Positions 28,781 to 43,865 of a DNA stretch of 64,000 bases are shown here, in pieces. The position numbers and the translations under genes are program-made. Every line of letters starts with the position of its first letter. Position 1 is the first letter of the stretch. This DNA comes from Eledone cirrhosa (taxonomy: Eukaryota). Below the pieces are notes generated by a model. That model saw only the letters and a program-made list of their open reading frames with translations, had not been told where the DNA came from and did no database searches. The stretch covers positions 30,008,001 to 30,072,000 of the forward strand of contig OZ024760.1 in assembly GCA_964016885.1 (NCBI GenBank), in the 5' to 3' direction.

Positions 28781-31700
28781 GTAATGTAATGTAATGTAAT
28801 GTAATGTAATGTAATGTAATGTAATGTGTAATGTAATGTAATGTAATGTAACGTAATGTGTAATGTAATGTAATGTAATGTAATGTAATGTAATGTGTAA
28901 TGTAATGTAATGTTTAATGTAATGTAATGTAATGTAATGTGTAATATAATGTAATGTAATGTAATATAATATAATGTGTAATGTAATGTAATGTAATGTA
29001 ATGTAATGCAATGTGTAATGTAATGTAATGTAATGTAATGTAATGTAATGTAATGTAATGTGTAATGTAATGTAATGTAATGTAATATGTAATGTGTAAT
29101 GTAATGTAATGTAATGTAATGTAATGTAATGTAATGTAATGTAATGTAACGTAATGTGTAATTTAATGTAATGTAATGTAATGTGTAATGTAATGTAATA
29201 TAATGTGTAATGTAATGTAATGTAATCTGTAATGTAATGTAATGTTTAAAGTAACGTAATGTAACATAATGAAATGTAATGTAATGTGTAATATACTGTA
29301 ATGTAATGTAATGTAATGTAATGTTTAAAGTAACGTAATGTAACGTAATGAAATGTAATGTAATGTGTAATATACTGTAATGTAATGTAATGTAATGTAA
29401 TGTAATGTGTAATGTAATATGTAATATAATGTAATGTAATGTAATGTAATGTAATGTAATGTAATGTGTAATGTAATGTAATGTAATGTGTAATGTAATG
29501 TAACGTGTAATGTAATGTAATGTAATGTGTAATGTAATGTAATGTAATGTAGTGTAATGTATAATGTAATGTAATGTAGTGTAATGTATAATGTAATGTA
29601 ATGTAATGTGTAATGTAATGTAATGTGTAATGTGTAATGTAAAGTAATGTAATGTGTAATGTAATGTAATGTAATGTGTAATGTAATGTAATGTGTAATG
29701 TAATGTAACGTAATGTAACGTAATGTAATGTGTAATGTGTAATGTAATGTAATGTAATGTGTAATGTAATGTAATGTAATGTAATGTAACGTGTAATGAA
29801 ATGTAATGTAATGTAATGTAATGTGTAATTTAATGTAATGTAATATAATGTGTAATGTAATGTAATGTAATGTGTAATGTAATGTAATGTATAATGTAAT
29901 GTAATGTAATGTAATGTGTAATGTAATGTAATGTAATGTAATGCAATGTAATATGTAATGTAACGCAATGTAATGTGTAACGTAATGTAATGTAATGTGT
30001 AATGTAATGTAATGTAAAGTAATGTAATGTGTAATGTAATGTAATGTAATGTAATGTAATGTAATGTAATGTAATGTAATGTAATGTAATGTGTAATGTA
30101 ATGTAATGTAATGTGTAATGTAATTTAATGTAATGTAATGTGTAATGTAATGTAATGTAATGTGTAATGTAATGTAATGTTATGTAATGTAATGTATAAT
30201 GTAATGTAATGTGTAATGTAATGTAATGTAATGTAATGTAATGTGTAATGTAATGTAATGTAATGTGTTATGTAATGTAATGTAATGTAATGTAATGTAA
30301 TGTAATGTAATGTGTAATGTAACGTAATGTAATGTAATGTAATGTGTAATGTAATGTATTGTAATGTAATGTAATGTATAAGGTAATGTAATGTAATGTA
30401 ATGTGTAATGTAATGTAATGTAATGTAAAGTAATGTAATGTAATGTAATGTGTAATGTAATGTAATGTAATGTAACGTAATGTAATGTGTAATGTAATGT
30501 AATGTAATGTGTAATGTAATGTAATGTAATGTAATGTAAAGTAATGTAATGTGTAATGTAATGTAATGTAATGTAATGTAATGTAATGTAATGCAATGTA
30601 ATGTAATGTGTAATGAAATGTAATGTAATGTAATGTAATGTAATGTAATGTATAATGTAATGTAATGTAATGTAACGTAATGTAACGTAATGTAATGTGT
30701 AATGTGTAATGTAATGTAATGTAATGTGTAATGTAATGTAATGTAATGTAATGTAACGTGTAATGAAATGTAATGTAATGTAATGTAATGTGTAATTTAA
30801 TGTAATGTAATATAATGTGTAATGTAATGTAATGTAATGTGTAATGTAATGTAATGTATAATGTAATGTAATGTAATGTGTAATGTAATGTAATGTAATG
30901 CAATGTAATATGTAATGTAACGCAATGTAATGTGTAACGTAAATGTAATATAATGTGTAATGTAATGTAATGTAAAGTAATGTAATGTGTAATGTAATGT
31001 AATGTAATGTAATGTAATGTAATGTAATGTAATGTAACGTAATGTAATGTAATGTAATGTAATGTAATGTAATGTGTAATGTAATGTAATGTAATGTGTA
31101 ATGTAATGTAATGTAATGTAATGTAACGTAATGTAATGTAATGTAATGTAATGTAATGTGTAATGTAATGTAATGTAATGTGTAATGTAATTTAATGTAA
31201 TGTAATGTGTAATGTAATGTAATGTAATGTAATGTGTAATGTAATGTAATGTTATGTAATGTAATGTATAATGTAATGTAATGTGTAATGTAATGTAATG
31301 TAATGTAATGTAATGTGTAATGTAATGTAATGTAATGTGTAATGTAATGTAATGTAATGTAATGTAATGTAATGTAATGTAATGTGTAATGTAACGTAAT
31401 GTAATGTAATGTAATGTGTAATGTAATGTATTGTAATGTAATGTAATGTATAAGGTAATGTAATGTAATGTAATGTGTAATGTAATGTAATGTAATGTAA
31501 AGTAATATAATGTAATGTAATGTGTAATGTAATGTAATGTAATGTAACGTAATGTAATGTGTAATGTAATGCAATGTAATGTAATGTGTAATGAAATGTA
31601 ATGTAATGTAATGTAATGTAATGTAATGTAATGTATAATGTAATGTAATGTAATGTAATGTAATGTAATGCAATGTGTAATGTAATGTAATGAAATGTAA

Positions 31701-34700
31701 TATAATGTAATGTAATGTAATGTAATGTAATTGAATGTAATGTAATGTAATGTGTAATGAAATGTAATGTAACGTAATGTATAATGTAATGTAATGTAAT
31801 GTAATGTAATGTAATGTAATGTCATGTAATGTAATGTAATGTGTAATGTGTAATGTAATGTAATGTAATGTAATGTTTAATGTAATGTAATGTAATGTAA
31901 TGTAATGTTATGTTTAATGTAATGTAATGTAATGTAATATAATGTAATTTTTAATGTAATGTAATGTAATGTAAAGTAATGTAATGTAATGTAATGTAAT
32001 GTAATGTAGTGTGTAATGTAATGTAATGTAATGTAACGTAATGTAATGTGTAATGTAATGTAATGTGTAATGTAATGTAATGTAATGTAATGTAATGTAA
32101 TGTGATGTAATGTAATGTGTACTGTAATGTAATGTAATGTAAAGTAACGTAAAGTGTAATGTAATGTAATGTAACGTAATGTAATGTAATGTCATGTAAT
32201 GTAATGTAATGTAATGTAATGTGTAATGAAATGTAATGTAATGTAATGTAATATAATGTAATGTGTAATGTAATGTAATGTAATGTAATGTAACGTGTAA
32301 TGTAATGTAATGTAATGTAATATAATGTAATGTAATGTAATGCAATGTAATGTAATGTAATGTAATGTAACGTAATGTAATGTAATGTAATGTGTAATGA
32401 AATGTAATGTAATGTAATGTAACGTAATATGTAATGTAATGTAATGTAATGTAATGTAATGTAATGTAACGTAATGTAATGTCATGTAATGTAATGTAAT
32501 GTGTAATGTAATGTAATGTAATGTAATGTAATGTAATGTGTAATGTGTAATGTAATGTAATGTAATGTAATGTTTAATGTAATGTAATGTAATGTAATGT
32601 AATGTAATGTAATGTTATGTTTAATGTAATGTAATGTAATGTAATATAATGTAATTTTTAATGTAATGTATTGTAATGTAATGTAATCTAATGTGTAATG
32701 TAATGTAATGTAATGTAACGTAATGTAATGTTTAATGTAATGTAATGTAATGTAATGTAATGTAATGTAAGGAAATGTAATGTAACGTGTAATGTAATGT
32801 AATGTAATGTAATGTAACGTAATGTAATGTTTAATGTAACGTAATGTAATGTAATGTAATGTAATGAAATGTAATGTAATGTAATGTAATGTAATGTAAT
32901 GTAATGTAATGTAATGTAATGTAACGTAATGTAATGTACTGTGTAATGTAATGTAATGTAATGTGATGTGTAATGTAATGTAATGTCATGTAATGTAATG
33001 TGTAATGTAATGTAATGTAATGTGTAATGTAATGTAATGTTTAAAGTAACGTAATGTAACGTAATGAAATGTAATGTAATGTGTAATATACTGTAATGTA
33101 ATGTAATGTGTAATGTAATGTAATGTAACGTAATGTAATGTAATGTGTAACGTAATGTAATGTAATGTAATGTAATGTAATGTAATGTAATGTAATGTAA
33201 TGTGTAATGTAATGTAATGTAATGTAATGTAATGTAATGTAATGTAATGTGAAATGTAATGTAATGTAATGTAATGTGTAATGTAATGTAACGTGTAATG
33301 TAATGTAATGTAATGTAATGTGTAATGTAATGTAATGTAATGTAGTGTAATGTATAATGTAATGTAATGTAATGTAATGTAATGTAATGTAATGTAATGT
33401 GTAATGTAATGTAATGTAATGTGTAATGTAATGTAATGTAATGTAATGTAATGTAATGTGTAATGTAATGTAATGTAATATAATGTAATCTAAAGTAATG
33501 TAATTTAATGTAACGTGTAATGTAATGTAATGTAATGTAATGTAATGTAATGTAATGTGTAATGTAATGTAATGTAATGTAACGTAATGTAATGTAATGT
33601 AATGTAATGTAATGTAATGTGTAATGTGTAATGTAATGTAATGTAATGTAATGTGTAATGTAATGTAATGTAATGTAATGTAATGTAATGTAACGTGTAA
33701 TGAAATGTAATGTAATGTAATGTAATGTGTAATGTAATGTAATGTAATGTGTAATGTAATGTAATGCAATGTAATGTAATGTGTAATGTAATGTAATGTT
33801 ATGTAATGTAATGTATAATGTAATGTAATGTAATGTAATGTAATGTAATGTGTAACGTAATGTAATGTAATGCAATGTAATATGTAATGTAACGTAATGT
33901 AATGTAATGTGTAACGTAATGTAATGTAATGTAATGTGTAATGTAATGTAATGTAATGTAATGTAATGTAATGTAATGTAATGTAATGTAATGTAATGTG
34001 TAATGTAATGTAATGTAATGTAATGTAATGTAATGTAATGTAATGTGTAATGTAAGGTAATGTAATGTAATGTGTAATGTAATGTAATGTAATGTAATGT
34101 GTAATGTAATGTAATGTAATGTAATGCAATGTAGTGTAATGTGTAATGTAATGTAATGTAATCTAATGTGTAATGTAATTTAATGTAATGTAATGCAATG
34201 TAATGTAATGTAATATGTAACGTAATGTAATGTAATGTAATTTAATGTAATGTCTAACGTAATGTAATGTAATGTAATGTAATGTAATGTAATGTAATGT
34301 GTAATGTAATGTAATGTAATGTAATGTAATGTGCAATGTAATGTAATGTAATATAATGTAATTTTTAATGTAATGTAATGTAATGTAATGTAATCTAATG
34401 TGTAATGTAATGTAATGTAATGTAATGTAACGTAATGTAATTTTTAATGTAATGTAATGTAATGTAATGTAATGTAATGAAATGTAATGTAACGTGTAAT
34501 GTAATGTAATGTAATGTAATGTAATGTAATGTAATGTAATGTAATGTAATGTAACGTAATGTAATGTACTGTGTAATGTAATGTAATGTAATGTGTAATG
34601 TAATGTAATATAATGTGTAATGTAATGTAATGTAATGTGTAATGTAATGTAATGTTTAAAGTAACGTAATGTAACGTAATGAAATGTAATGTAATGTGTA

Positions 34701-35695
34701 ATATACTGTAATGTAATGTAATGTAATGTAATGTTTAAAGTAACGTAATGTAACGTAATGAAATGTTATGTAATGTGTAATATACTGTAATGTAATGTAA
34801 TGTAATGTAATGTGTAATGTAATGTGTAATGTAATGTAATGTAATGTAATGTAATGTAATGTAATGTGTAATGTAATGTAATGTAATGTGTAATGTAATG
34901 TAACGTGTAATGTAATGTAATGTAATGTGTAATGTAATGTAATGTAATGTAGTGTAATGTATAATGTAATGTAATGTAGTGTAATGTATAATGTAATGTA
35001 ATGTAATGTGTAATGTAATGTAATGTGTAATGTGTAATGTAAAGTAATGTAATGTGTAATGTAATGTAATGTAATGTGTAATGTAATGTAATGTAATGTG
35101 TAATGTAATGTAACGTAATGTAACGTAATGTAATGTGTAATGTGTAATGTAATGTAATGTAATGTGTAATGTAATGTAATGTAATGTAATGTAACGTGTA
35201 ATGAAATGTAATGTAATGTAATGTAATGTGTAATTTAATGTAATGTAATATAATGTGTAATGTAATGTAATGTAATGTGTAATGTAATGTAATGTAATGT
35301 AATGTAATGTGTAATGTAATGTGTAATGTAATGTGTAATGTAATGTAATGTTATGTAATGTAATGTATAATGTAATGTAATGTAATGTAATGTGTAATGT
35401 AATGTAATGTAATGCAATGTAATATGTAATGTAACGCAATGTAATGTGTAACGTAATGTAATGTAATGTGTAATGTAATGTAATGTAAAGTAATGTAATG
35501 TGTAATGTAATGTAATGTAATGTAATGTGTAATGTCATGTAATGTAATGTAATGTGCAATGTAATGTAATGTATTGTAATGTAATGTAATGTAAAGTAAT
35601 GTAATGTGTAATGTAATGTAATGTAATGTAATGTGTAATGTCATGTAATGTAATGTAATGTGCAATGTAATGTAATGTATTGTAATGTAATGTAA

Positions 35696-35883
35696 TTGTT
35701 TCTAATTTAGGCACTCGTCAGCAATTACCCTGTGCATTACTGGTACTTTATTTTATCGACCCCGTAAGGATGAAGAGCAAAGTCAACCTCGGTGGGATTT
35801 GAACTCAGATCGTAAAGGGACGTAACTATGCTGGAAAGCATGGCGTCAGACCCTCTACCGATACTGCCAATCCACCGCCGTTT
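35696..35883 (-). mobile_element. SINE-like element, copy 9 (type B, internal T4 run broken)
   Basis: As copy 4 but gatgaagagc replaces gatgaaaagc (A>G at 35775). Confidence 0.88.
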
Positions 35884-36982
35884 GTAATGTAATGTAATGT
35901 AATGTAATGTAATGTAATGTGTAATGTAATGTAATGTAATGTAACGTAATGTGTAATGTAATGTAATGTAATGTAATGTAATGTGTAATATACTGTAATG
36001 TAATGTAATGTAATGTAATGTTTAAAGTAACGTAATGTAACGTAATGAAATGTTATGTAATGTGTAATATACTGTAATGTAATGTAATGTAATGTAATGT
36101 AATGTGTAATGTAATGTGTAATGTAATGTAATGTAATGTAATGTAATGTAATGTAATGTGTAATGTAATGTAATGTAATGTGTAATGTAATGTAACGTGT
36201 AATGTAATGTAATGTAATGTGTAATGTAATGTAATGTAATGTAGTGTAATGTATAATGTAATGTAATGTAGTGTAATGTATAATGTAATGTAATGTAATG
36301 TGTAATGTAATGTAATGTGTAATGTGTAATGTAAAGTAATGTAATGTGTAATGTAATGTAATGTAATGTGTAATGTAATGTAATGTAATGTGTAATGTAA
36401 TGTAACGTAATGTAACGTAATGTAATGTGTAATGTGTAATGTAATGTAATGTAATGTGTAATGTAATGTAATGTAATGTAATGTAACGTGTAATGAAATG
36501 TAATGTAATGTAATGTAATGTGTAATTTAATGTAATGTAATATAATGTGTAATGTAATGTAATGTAATGTGTAATGTAATGTAATGTAATGTAATGTAAT
36601 GTGTAATGTAATGTGTAATGTAATGTGTAATGTAATGTAATGTTATGTAATGTAATGTATAATGTAATGTAATGTAATGTAATGTGTAATGTAATGTAAT
36701 GTAATGCAATGTAATATGTAATGTAACGCAATGTAATGTGTAACGTAATGTAATGTAATGTGTAATGTAATGTAATGTAAAGTAATGTAATGTGTAATGT
36801 AATGTAATGTAATGTGTAATGTCATGTAATGTAATGTAATGTGCAATGTAATGTAATGTATTGTAATGTAATGTAATGTAAAGTAATGTAATGTGTAATG
36901 TAATGTAATGTAATGTAATGTGTAATGTCATGTAATGTAATGTAATGTGCAATGTAATGTAATGTATTGTAATGTAATGTAA

Positions 36983-37170
36983 TTGTTTCTAATTTAGGCA
37001 CTCGTCAGCAATTACCCTGTGCATTACTGGTACTTTATTTTATCGACCCCGTAAGGATGAAAAGCAAAGTCAACCTCGGTGGGATTTGAACTCAGATCGT
37101 AAAGGGACGTAACTATGCTGGAAAGCATGGCGTCAGACCCTCTACCGATACTGCCAATCCACCGCCGTTT
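36983..37170 (-). mobile_element. SINE-like element, copy 10 (type B)
   Basis: Appears identical to copy 4. Confidence 0.88.
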
Positions 37171-38200
37171 GTAATGTAATGTAATGTAATGTAATGTGTA
37201 ATATACTGTAATGTAATGTAATGTAATGTAATGTTTAAAGTAACGTAATGTAACGTAATGAAATGTTATGTAATGTGTAATATACTGTAATGTAATGTAA
37301 TGTAATGTAATGTAATGTGTAATGTAATGTGTAATGTAATGTAATGTAATGTAATGTAATGTAATGTAATGTGTAATGTAATGTAATGTAATGTGTAATG
37401 TAATGTAACGTGTAATGTAATGTAATGTAATGTGTAATGTAATGTAATGTAATGTAGTGTAATGTATAATGTAATGTAATGTAGTGTAATGTATAATGTA
37501 ATGTAATGTAATGTGTAATGTAATGTAATGTGTAATGTGTAATGTAAAGTAATGTAATGTGTAATGTAATGTAATGTAATGTGTAATGTAATGTAATGTA
37601 ATGTGTAATGTAATGTAACGTAATGTAACGTAATGTAATGTGTAATGTGTAATGTAATGTAATGTAATGTGTAATGTAATGTAATGTAATGTAATGTAAC
37701 GTGTAATGAAATGTAATGTAATGTAATGTAATGTGTAATTTAATGTAATGTAATATAATGTGTAATGTAATGTAATGTAATGTGTAATGTAATGTAATGT
37801 AATGTAATGTAATGTGTAATGTAATGTGTAATGTAATGTGTAATGTAATGTAATGTTATGTAATGTAATGTATAATGTAATGTAATGTAATGTAATGTGT
37901 AATGTAATGTAATGTAATGCAATGTAATATGTAATGTAACGCAATGTAATGTGTAACGTAATGTAATGTAATGTGTAATGTAATGTAATGTAAAGTAATG
38001 TAATGTGTAATGTAATGTAATGTAATGTAATGTGTAATGTCATGTAATGTAATGTAATGTGCAATGTAATGTAATGTATTGTAATGTAATGTAATGTAAA
38101 GTAATGTAATGTGTAATGTAATGTAATGTAATGTAATGTGTAATGTCATGTAATGTAATGTAATGTGCAATGTAATGTAATGTATTGTAATGTAATGTAA

Positions 38201-38388
38201 TTGTTTCTAATTTAGGCACTCGTCAGCAATTACCCTGTGCATTACTGGTACTTTATTTTATCGACCCCGTAAGGATGAAAAGCAAAGTCAACCTCGGTGG
38301 GATTTGAACTCAGATCGTAAAGGGACGTAACTATGCTGGAAAGCATGGCGTCAGACCCTCTACCGATACTGCCAATCCACCGCCGTTT
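38201..38388 (-). mobile_element. SINE-like element, copy 11 (type B)
   Basis: Appears identical to copy 4. Confidence 0.88.
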
Positions 38389-39704
38389 GTAATGTAATGT
38401 AATGTAATGTAATGTAATGTAATGTGTAATGTAATGTAATGTAATGTAACGTAATGTGTAATGTAATGTAATGTAATGTAATGTAATGTGTAATGTAATG
38501 TAATGTTTAATGTAATGTAATGTAATGTAATGTAATGTGTAATATAATGTAATGTAATGTAATATAATATAATGTGTAATGTAATATAATGTAATGTAAT
38601 GCAATGTGTAATGTAATGTAATGTAATGTAATGTAATGTAATGTGTAATGTAATGTAATGTAATGTAATATGTAATGTGTAATGTAATGTAATGTAATGT
38701 AATGTAATGTAATGTAATGTAATGTAATGTAATGTAACGTAATGTGTAATTTAATGTAATGTAATGTAATGTGTAATGTAATGTAATATAATGTGTAATG
38801 TAATGTAATGTAATGTGTAATGTAATGTAATGTTTAAAGTAACGTAATGTAACGTAATGAAGTGTAATGTAATGTGTAATATACTGTAATGTAATGTAAT
38901 GTAATGTAATGTTTAAAGTAACGTAATGTAACGTAATGAAATGTAATGTAATGTGTAATATACTGTAATGTAATGTAATGTAATGTAATGTAATGTAATG
39001 TGTAATGTAATGTAATGTAATGTAATGTAATGTAATGTAATGTAATGTAATGTAATGTGTAATGTAATGTAATGTAATGTGTAATGTAATGTAACGTGTA
39101 ATGTAATGTAATGTAATGTGTAATGTAATGTAATGTAATGTAGTGTAATGTATAATGTAATGTAATGTAGTGTAATGTATAATGTAATGTAATGTAATGT
39201 GTAATGTAATGTAATGTGTAATGTGTAATGTAAAGTAATGTAATGTGTAATGTAATGTAATGTAATGTGTAATGTAATGTAATGTAATGTGTAATGTAAT
39301 GTAACGTAATGTAACGTAATGTAATGTGTAATGTGTAATGTAATGTAATGTAATGTGTAATGTAATGTAATGTAATGTAATGTAACGTGTAATGAAATGT
39401 AATGTAATGTAATGTAATGTGTAATTTAATGTAATGTAATATAATGTGTAATGTAATGTAATGTAATGTGTAATGTAATGTAATGTATAATGTAATGTAA
39501 TGTAATGTAATGTGTAATGTAATGTAATGTAATGCAATGTAATATGTAATGTAACGCAATGTAATGTGTAACGTAATGTAATGTAATGTGTAATGTAATG
39601 TAATGTAAAGTAATGTAATGTGTAATGTAATGTAATGTAATGTAATGTGTAATGTCATGTAATGTAATGTGCAATGTAATGTAATGTATTGTAATGTAAT
39701 GTAA

Positions 39705-39892
39705 TTGTTTCTAATTTAGGCACTCGTCAGCAATTACCCTGTGCATTACTGGTACTTTATTTTATCGACCCCGTAAGGATGAAAAGCAAAGTCAACCTCG
39801 GTGGGATTTGAACTCAGATCGTAAAGGGACGTAACTATGCTGGAAAGCATGGCGTCAGACCCTCTACCGATACTGCCAATCCACCGCCGTTT
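39705..39892 (-). mobile_element. SINE-like element, copy 12 (type B)
   Basis: Appears identical to copy 4. Confidence 0.88.
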
Positions 39893-39899
39893 GTAATGT

Positions 39900-42340
39900 A
39901 ATGTAATGTAATGTAATGTAATGTAATGTGTAATGTAATGTAATGTAATGTAACGTAATGTGTAATGTAATGTAATGTAATGTAATGTAATGTAATGTAA
40001 TGTGTAATGTAATGTAATGTTTAATGTAATGTAATGTAATGTAATGTGTAATATAATGTAATGTAATGTAATGTAATATAATATAATGTGTAATGTAATG
40101 TAATGTAATGTAATGTAATGCAATGTGTAATGTAATGTAATGTAATGTAATGTTATGTAATGTAATATGTAATGTGTAATGTAATGTAATGTAATGTAAT
40201 GTAACGTAATGTGTAATTTAATGTAATGTAATGTAATGTGTAATGTAATGTAATGTAATGAAATGTGTAATGTAATGTAATGTAATGTAATGTTTAATGT
40301 AATGTAATGTAATGTAATGTAATGTGTAATGTAATGTAATGTAATGTAATGTAATGTGTAATGTAATGTAATGTAATGTAATGTAATGTGTAAAGTAATG
40401 TAATGTAATGTGTAATGTAATGTAATGTAATGTAATGTGTAATGTAATGTAATGTAATGTAATGTAATGTAATGTGTAATGTAATGTAATGTAATGTAAT
40501 GTAATGTAATGTAATGTAATGTAATGTAATGTAATGTAGTGCAATGTAGTGTAATGTGAAATGTAATGTAATGTAATGTGTAATGTAATTTAATGTAATG
40601 TAATGTAATGTAATGTAATGTAATTTAATGTAATGTAATGTAAGGTAATGTAATATGTAACGTAATGTAATGTAATGTAATTTAATGTAATGTCTAATGT
40701 AATGTAATGTAATGTAATGTGTAATGTAATGTAATGTAATGTAATGTGTAATGTAATGTAATGTAATGTGTCATGTAGTGTAATGTAACGTAACGTAATA
40801 TGTAATGTAATGTAATGTGTAATGTAATGTAACGCAATGTAATGTAATTTAATGTGTAATGTAGTGTAATGTAATGTAATGTAATGTAATGTAATGCAAT
40901 GCAATGTAATGTAATGTAATGTAAAGTATTGTAATGTGTAATGTGTAATGTAATGTAATGTAATGTAATGTGTAATGTAATGTAATGTAATGTAGTGTAA
41001 CGTGTAATGTAATGTAACGTGTAATGTAATGTAATGCAATGTAATGTAATGTGTAATGTAATGTAATGTAATGTAAAGTAATGTGTAATGTAATGTAATG
41101 TAATGTAATGTAATGTGTAATGTAATGTAATGTAATGTAATGTAATGTGTAATGTAATGTAATGTAATGTAACGTAATGTGTAATGTAATGTAATGTAAT
41201 GTAATGTAATGTGTAATGTAATGTAATGTTTAATGTAATGTAATGTAATGTAATGTAATGTGTAATATAATGTAATGTAATGTAATGTAATATAATATAA
41301 TGTGTAATGTAATGTAATGTAATGTAATGCAATGTGTAATGTAATGTAATGTAATGTAATGTTATGTAATGTAATATGTAATGTGTAATGTAATGTAATG
41401 TAATGTAATATGTAATGTGTAATGTAATGTAATGTAATGTAATGTAATGTAACGTAATGTGTAATTTAATGTAATGTAATGTAATGTGTAATGTAATGTA
41501 ATGTAATGAAATGTGTAATGTAATGTAATGTAATGTAATGTTTAATGTAATGTAATGTAATGTAATGTGTAATGTAATGTAATGTAATGTAATGTAATGT
41601 GTAATGTAATGTAATGTAATGTAATGTAATGTGTAAAGTAATGTAATGTAATGTGTAATGTAATGTAATGTAATGTAATGTGTAATGTAATGTAATGTAA
41701 TGTAATGTAATGTAATGTAATGTAATGTAATGTGTAATGTAATGTAATGTAATGTAATGTAATGTAATGTAGTGCAATGTAGTGTAATGTGAAATGTAAT
41801 GTAATGTAATGTGTAATGTAATTTAATGTAATGTAATGTAATGTAATGTAATGTAATTTAATGTAATGTAATGTAAGGTAATGTAATATGTAACGTAATG
41901 TAATGTAATGTAATTTAATGTAATGTCTAATGTAATGTAATGTAATGTAATGTGTAATGTAATGTAATGTAATGTAATGTGTAATGTAATGTAATGTAAT
42001 GTATCATGTAGTGTAATGTAACGTAACGTAATATGTAATGTAATGTAATGTGTAATGTAATGTAACGCAATGTAATGTAATTTAATGTGTAATGTAGTGT
42101 AATGTAATGTAATGTAATGTAATGTAATGCAATGCAATGTAATGTAATGTAATGTAAAGTATTGTAATGTGTAATGTGTAATGTAATGTAATGTAATGTA
42201 ATGTGTAATGTAATGTAATGTAATGTAGTGTAACGTGTAATGTAATGTAACGTGTAATGTAATGTAATGCAATGTAATGTAATGTGTAATGTAATGTAAT
42301 GTAATGTAAAGTAATGTGTAATGTAATGTAATGTAATGTG
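39900..42340. repeat. Approximately 1233 bp tandem duplication (approximate bounds)
   Basis: Identical 149-aa ORF-track translations occur at 40590 and 41823. Confidence 0.8.
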
Positions 42341-43600
42341 TAATGTAATGTAATGTAATGTAATGTAATGTATAATGTAATGTAATGTAAAGTAATGTGT
42401 AATGTAAAGTATTGTAATGTGTAATGTGTAATGTAATGTAATGTAATGTGTAATGTAATGTAATGTAATGTAAAGTAATGTGTAATGTAATGTAATGTAA
42501 TGTAATGTAATGTAAAATAATGTGTAATGTAATGTAATGTAATGTAATGTGTAATGTAATGTAATTTAATGTAGTGTAATGTATAATGTAATGTAATGTA
42601 ATGTGTAATGTAATGTAATGTAATGTAATATAATGTAATGTAATGTAATGTAATGTAATGTAATGTGTAATGTAACGTAATGTAATGTGTAATGTAATTT
42701 AATGTAATGTAATGTGTAATGTAATGTAATGTAATGTAATGTGTAATGCAATGTAATGTTATGTAATGTAATGTATAATGTAATGTAATGTAATGTGTAA
42801 TGTAATGTAATGTAATGTAATGTGTAATGTAATGTAATGTAATGTGTAATGTAATGTAATGTAATGTAATGTAATGTAATGTAATGTAATGTAATGTAAT
42901 GTAATGTAATATAATGTAATGTAATGTGTATTGTAATGTAATGTAATGTAATGTGTAATGTAATGTATTGTAATGTAATGTAATGTATAAGGTAATGTAA
43001 TGTAATGTAATGTGTAATGTAATGTAATGTAATGTAAAGTAATGTAATGTAATGTAATGTTATGTAATGTAATGTATAATGTAATGTAATGTAATGTGTA
43101 ATGTAATGTAATGTAATGTAATGTGTAATGTAATGTAATGTAATGTGTAATGTAATGTAATGTAATGTAATGTAATGTAATGTAATGTAATGTAATGTAA
43201 TGTAATGTAATGTAATGTAATATAATGTAATGTAATGTGTATTGTAATGTAATGTAATGAAATGTAATGTGTAATGTAATGTATTGTAATGTAATGTAAT
43301 GTATAAGGTAATGTAATGTAATGTAATGTGTAATGTAATGTAATGTAATGTAAAGTAATGTAATGTAATGTAATGTAATGTAATGTAATGTGTAATGTAA
43401 TGTAACGTAATGTAACGTGTAATGTAATGTAATGTAATGTAATGTAATGTAATGTAATGTAATGTAATGTAATGTAATGTGTACTGTAATGTAATGTAAT
43501 GTAAAGTAATGTAATGTATAATGTAATGTAATGTAATGTAATGTAATGTAATGTAATGTAATGTAATGTGTAATGAAATGTAATGTAATGTAATGCAATG

Positions 43601-43865
43601 TAATGTAATGTAATGTAATGTAATGTAATGTAATGTAATGTAATGTAATGTAATGTAATGTAATGTAATGTAATGTAATGTAATGTAATGTAATGTAATG
43701 TAATGTAATGTAATGTAATGTAATGTAATGTAATGTAATGTAATGTAATGTAATGTAATGTAATGTAATGTAATGTAATGTAATGTAATGTAATGTAATG
43801 TAATGTAATGTAATGTAATGTAATGTAATGTAATGTAATGTAATGTAATGTAATGTAATGTAATG
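43601..43865. repeat. Perfect (TAATG)53 tract
   Basis: 265 bp with no variant unit seen. Confidence 0.85.

Noticed and set aside
27101-40123. ORFs ending in KRRWIGSIGRGSDAMLSSIVTSLYDLSSNPTEVDFAFHPYGVDKIKYQ, and related SINE-frame peptides
   Set aside because: These are satellite frames reading through the non-coding SINE, and the frame used differs between copies.
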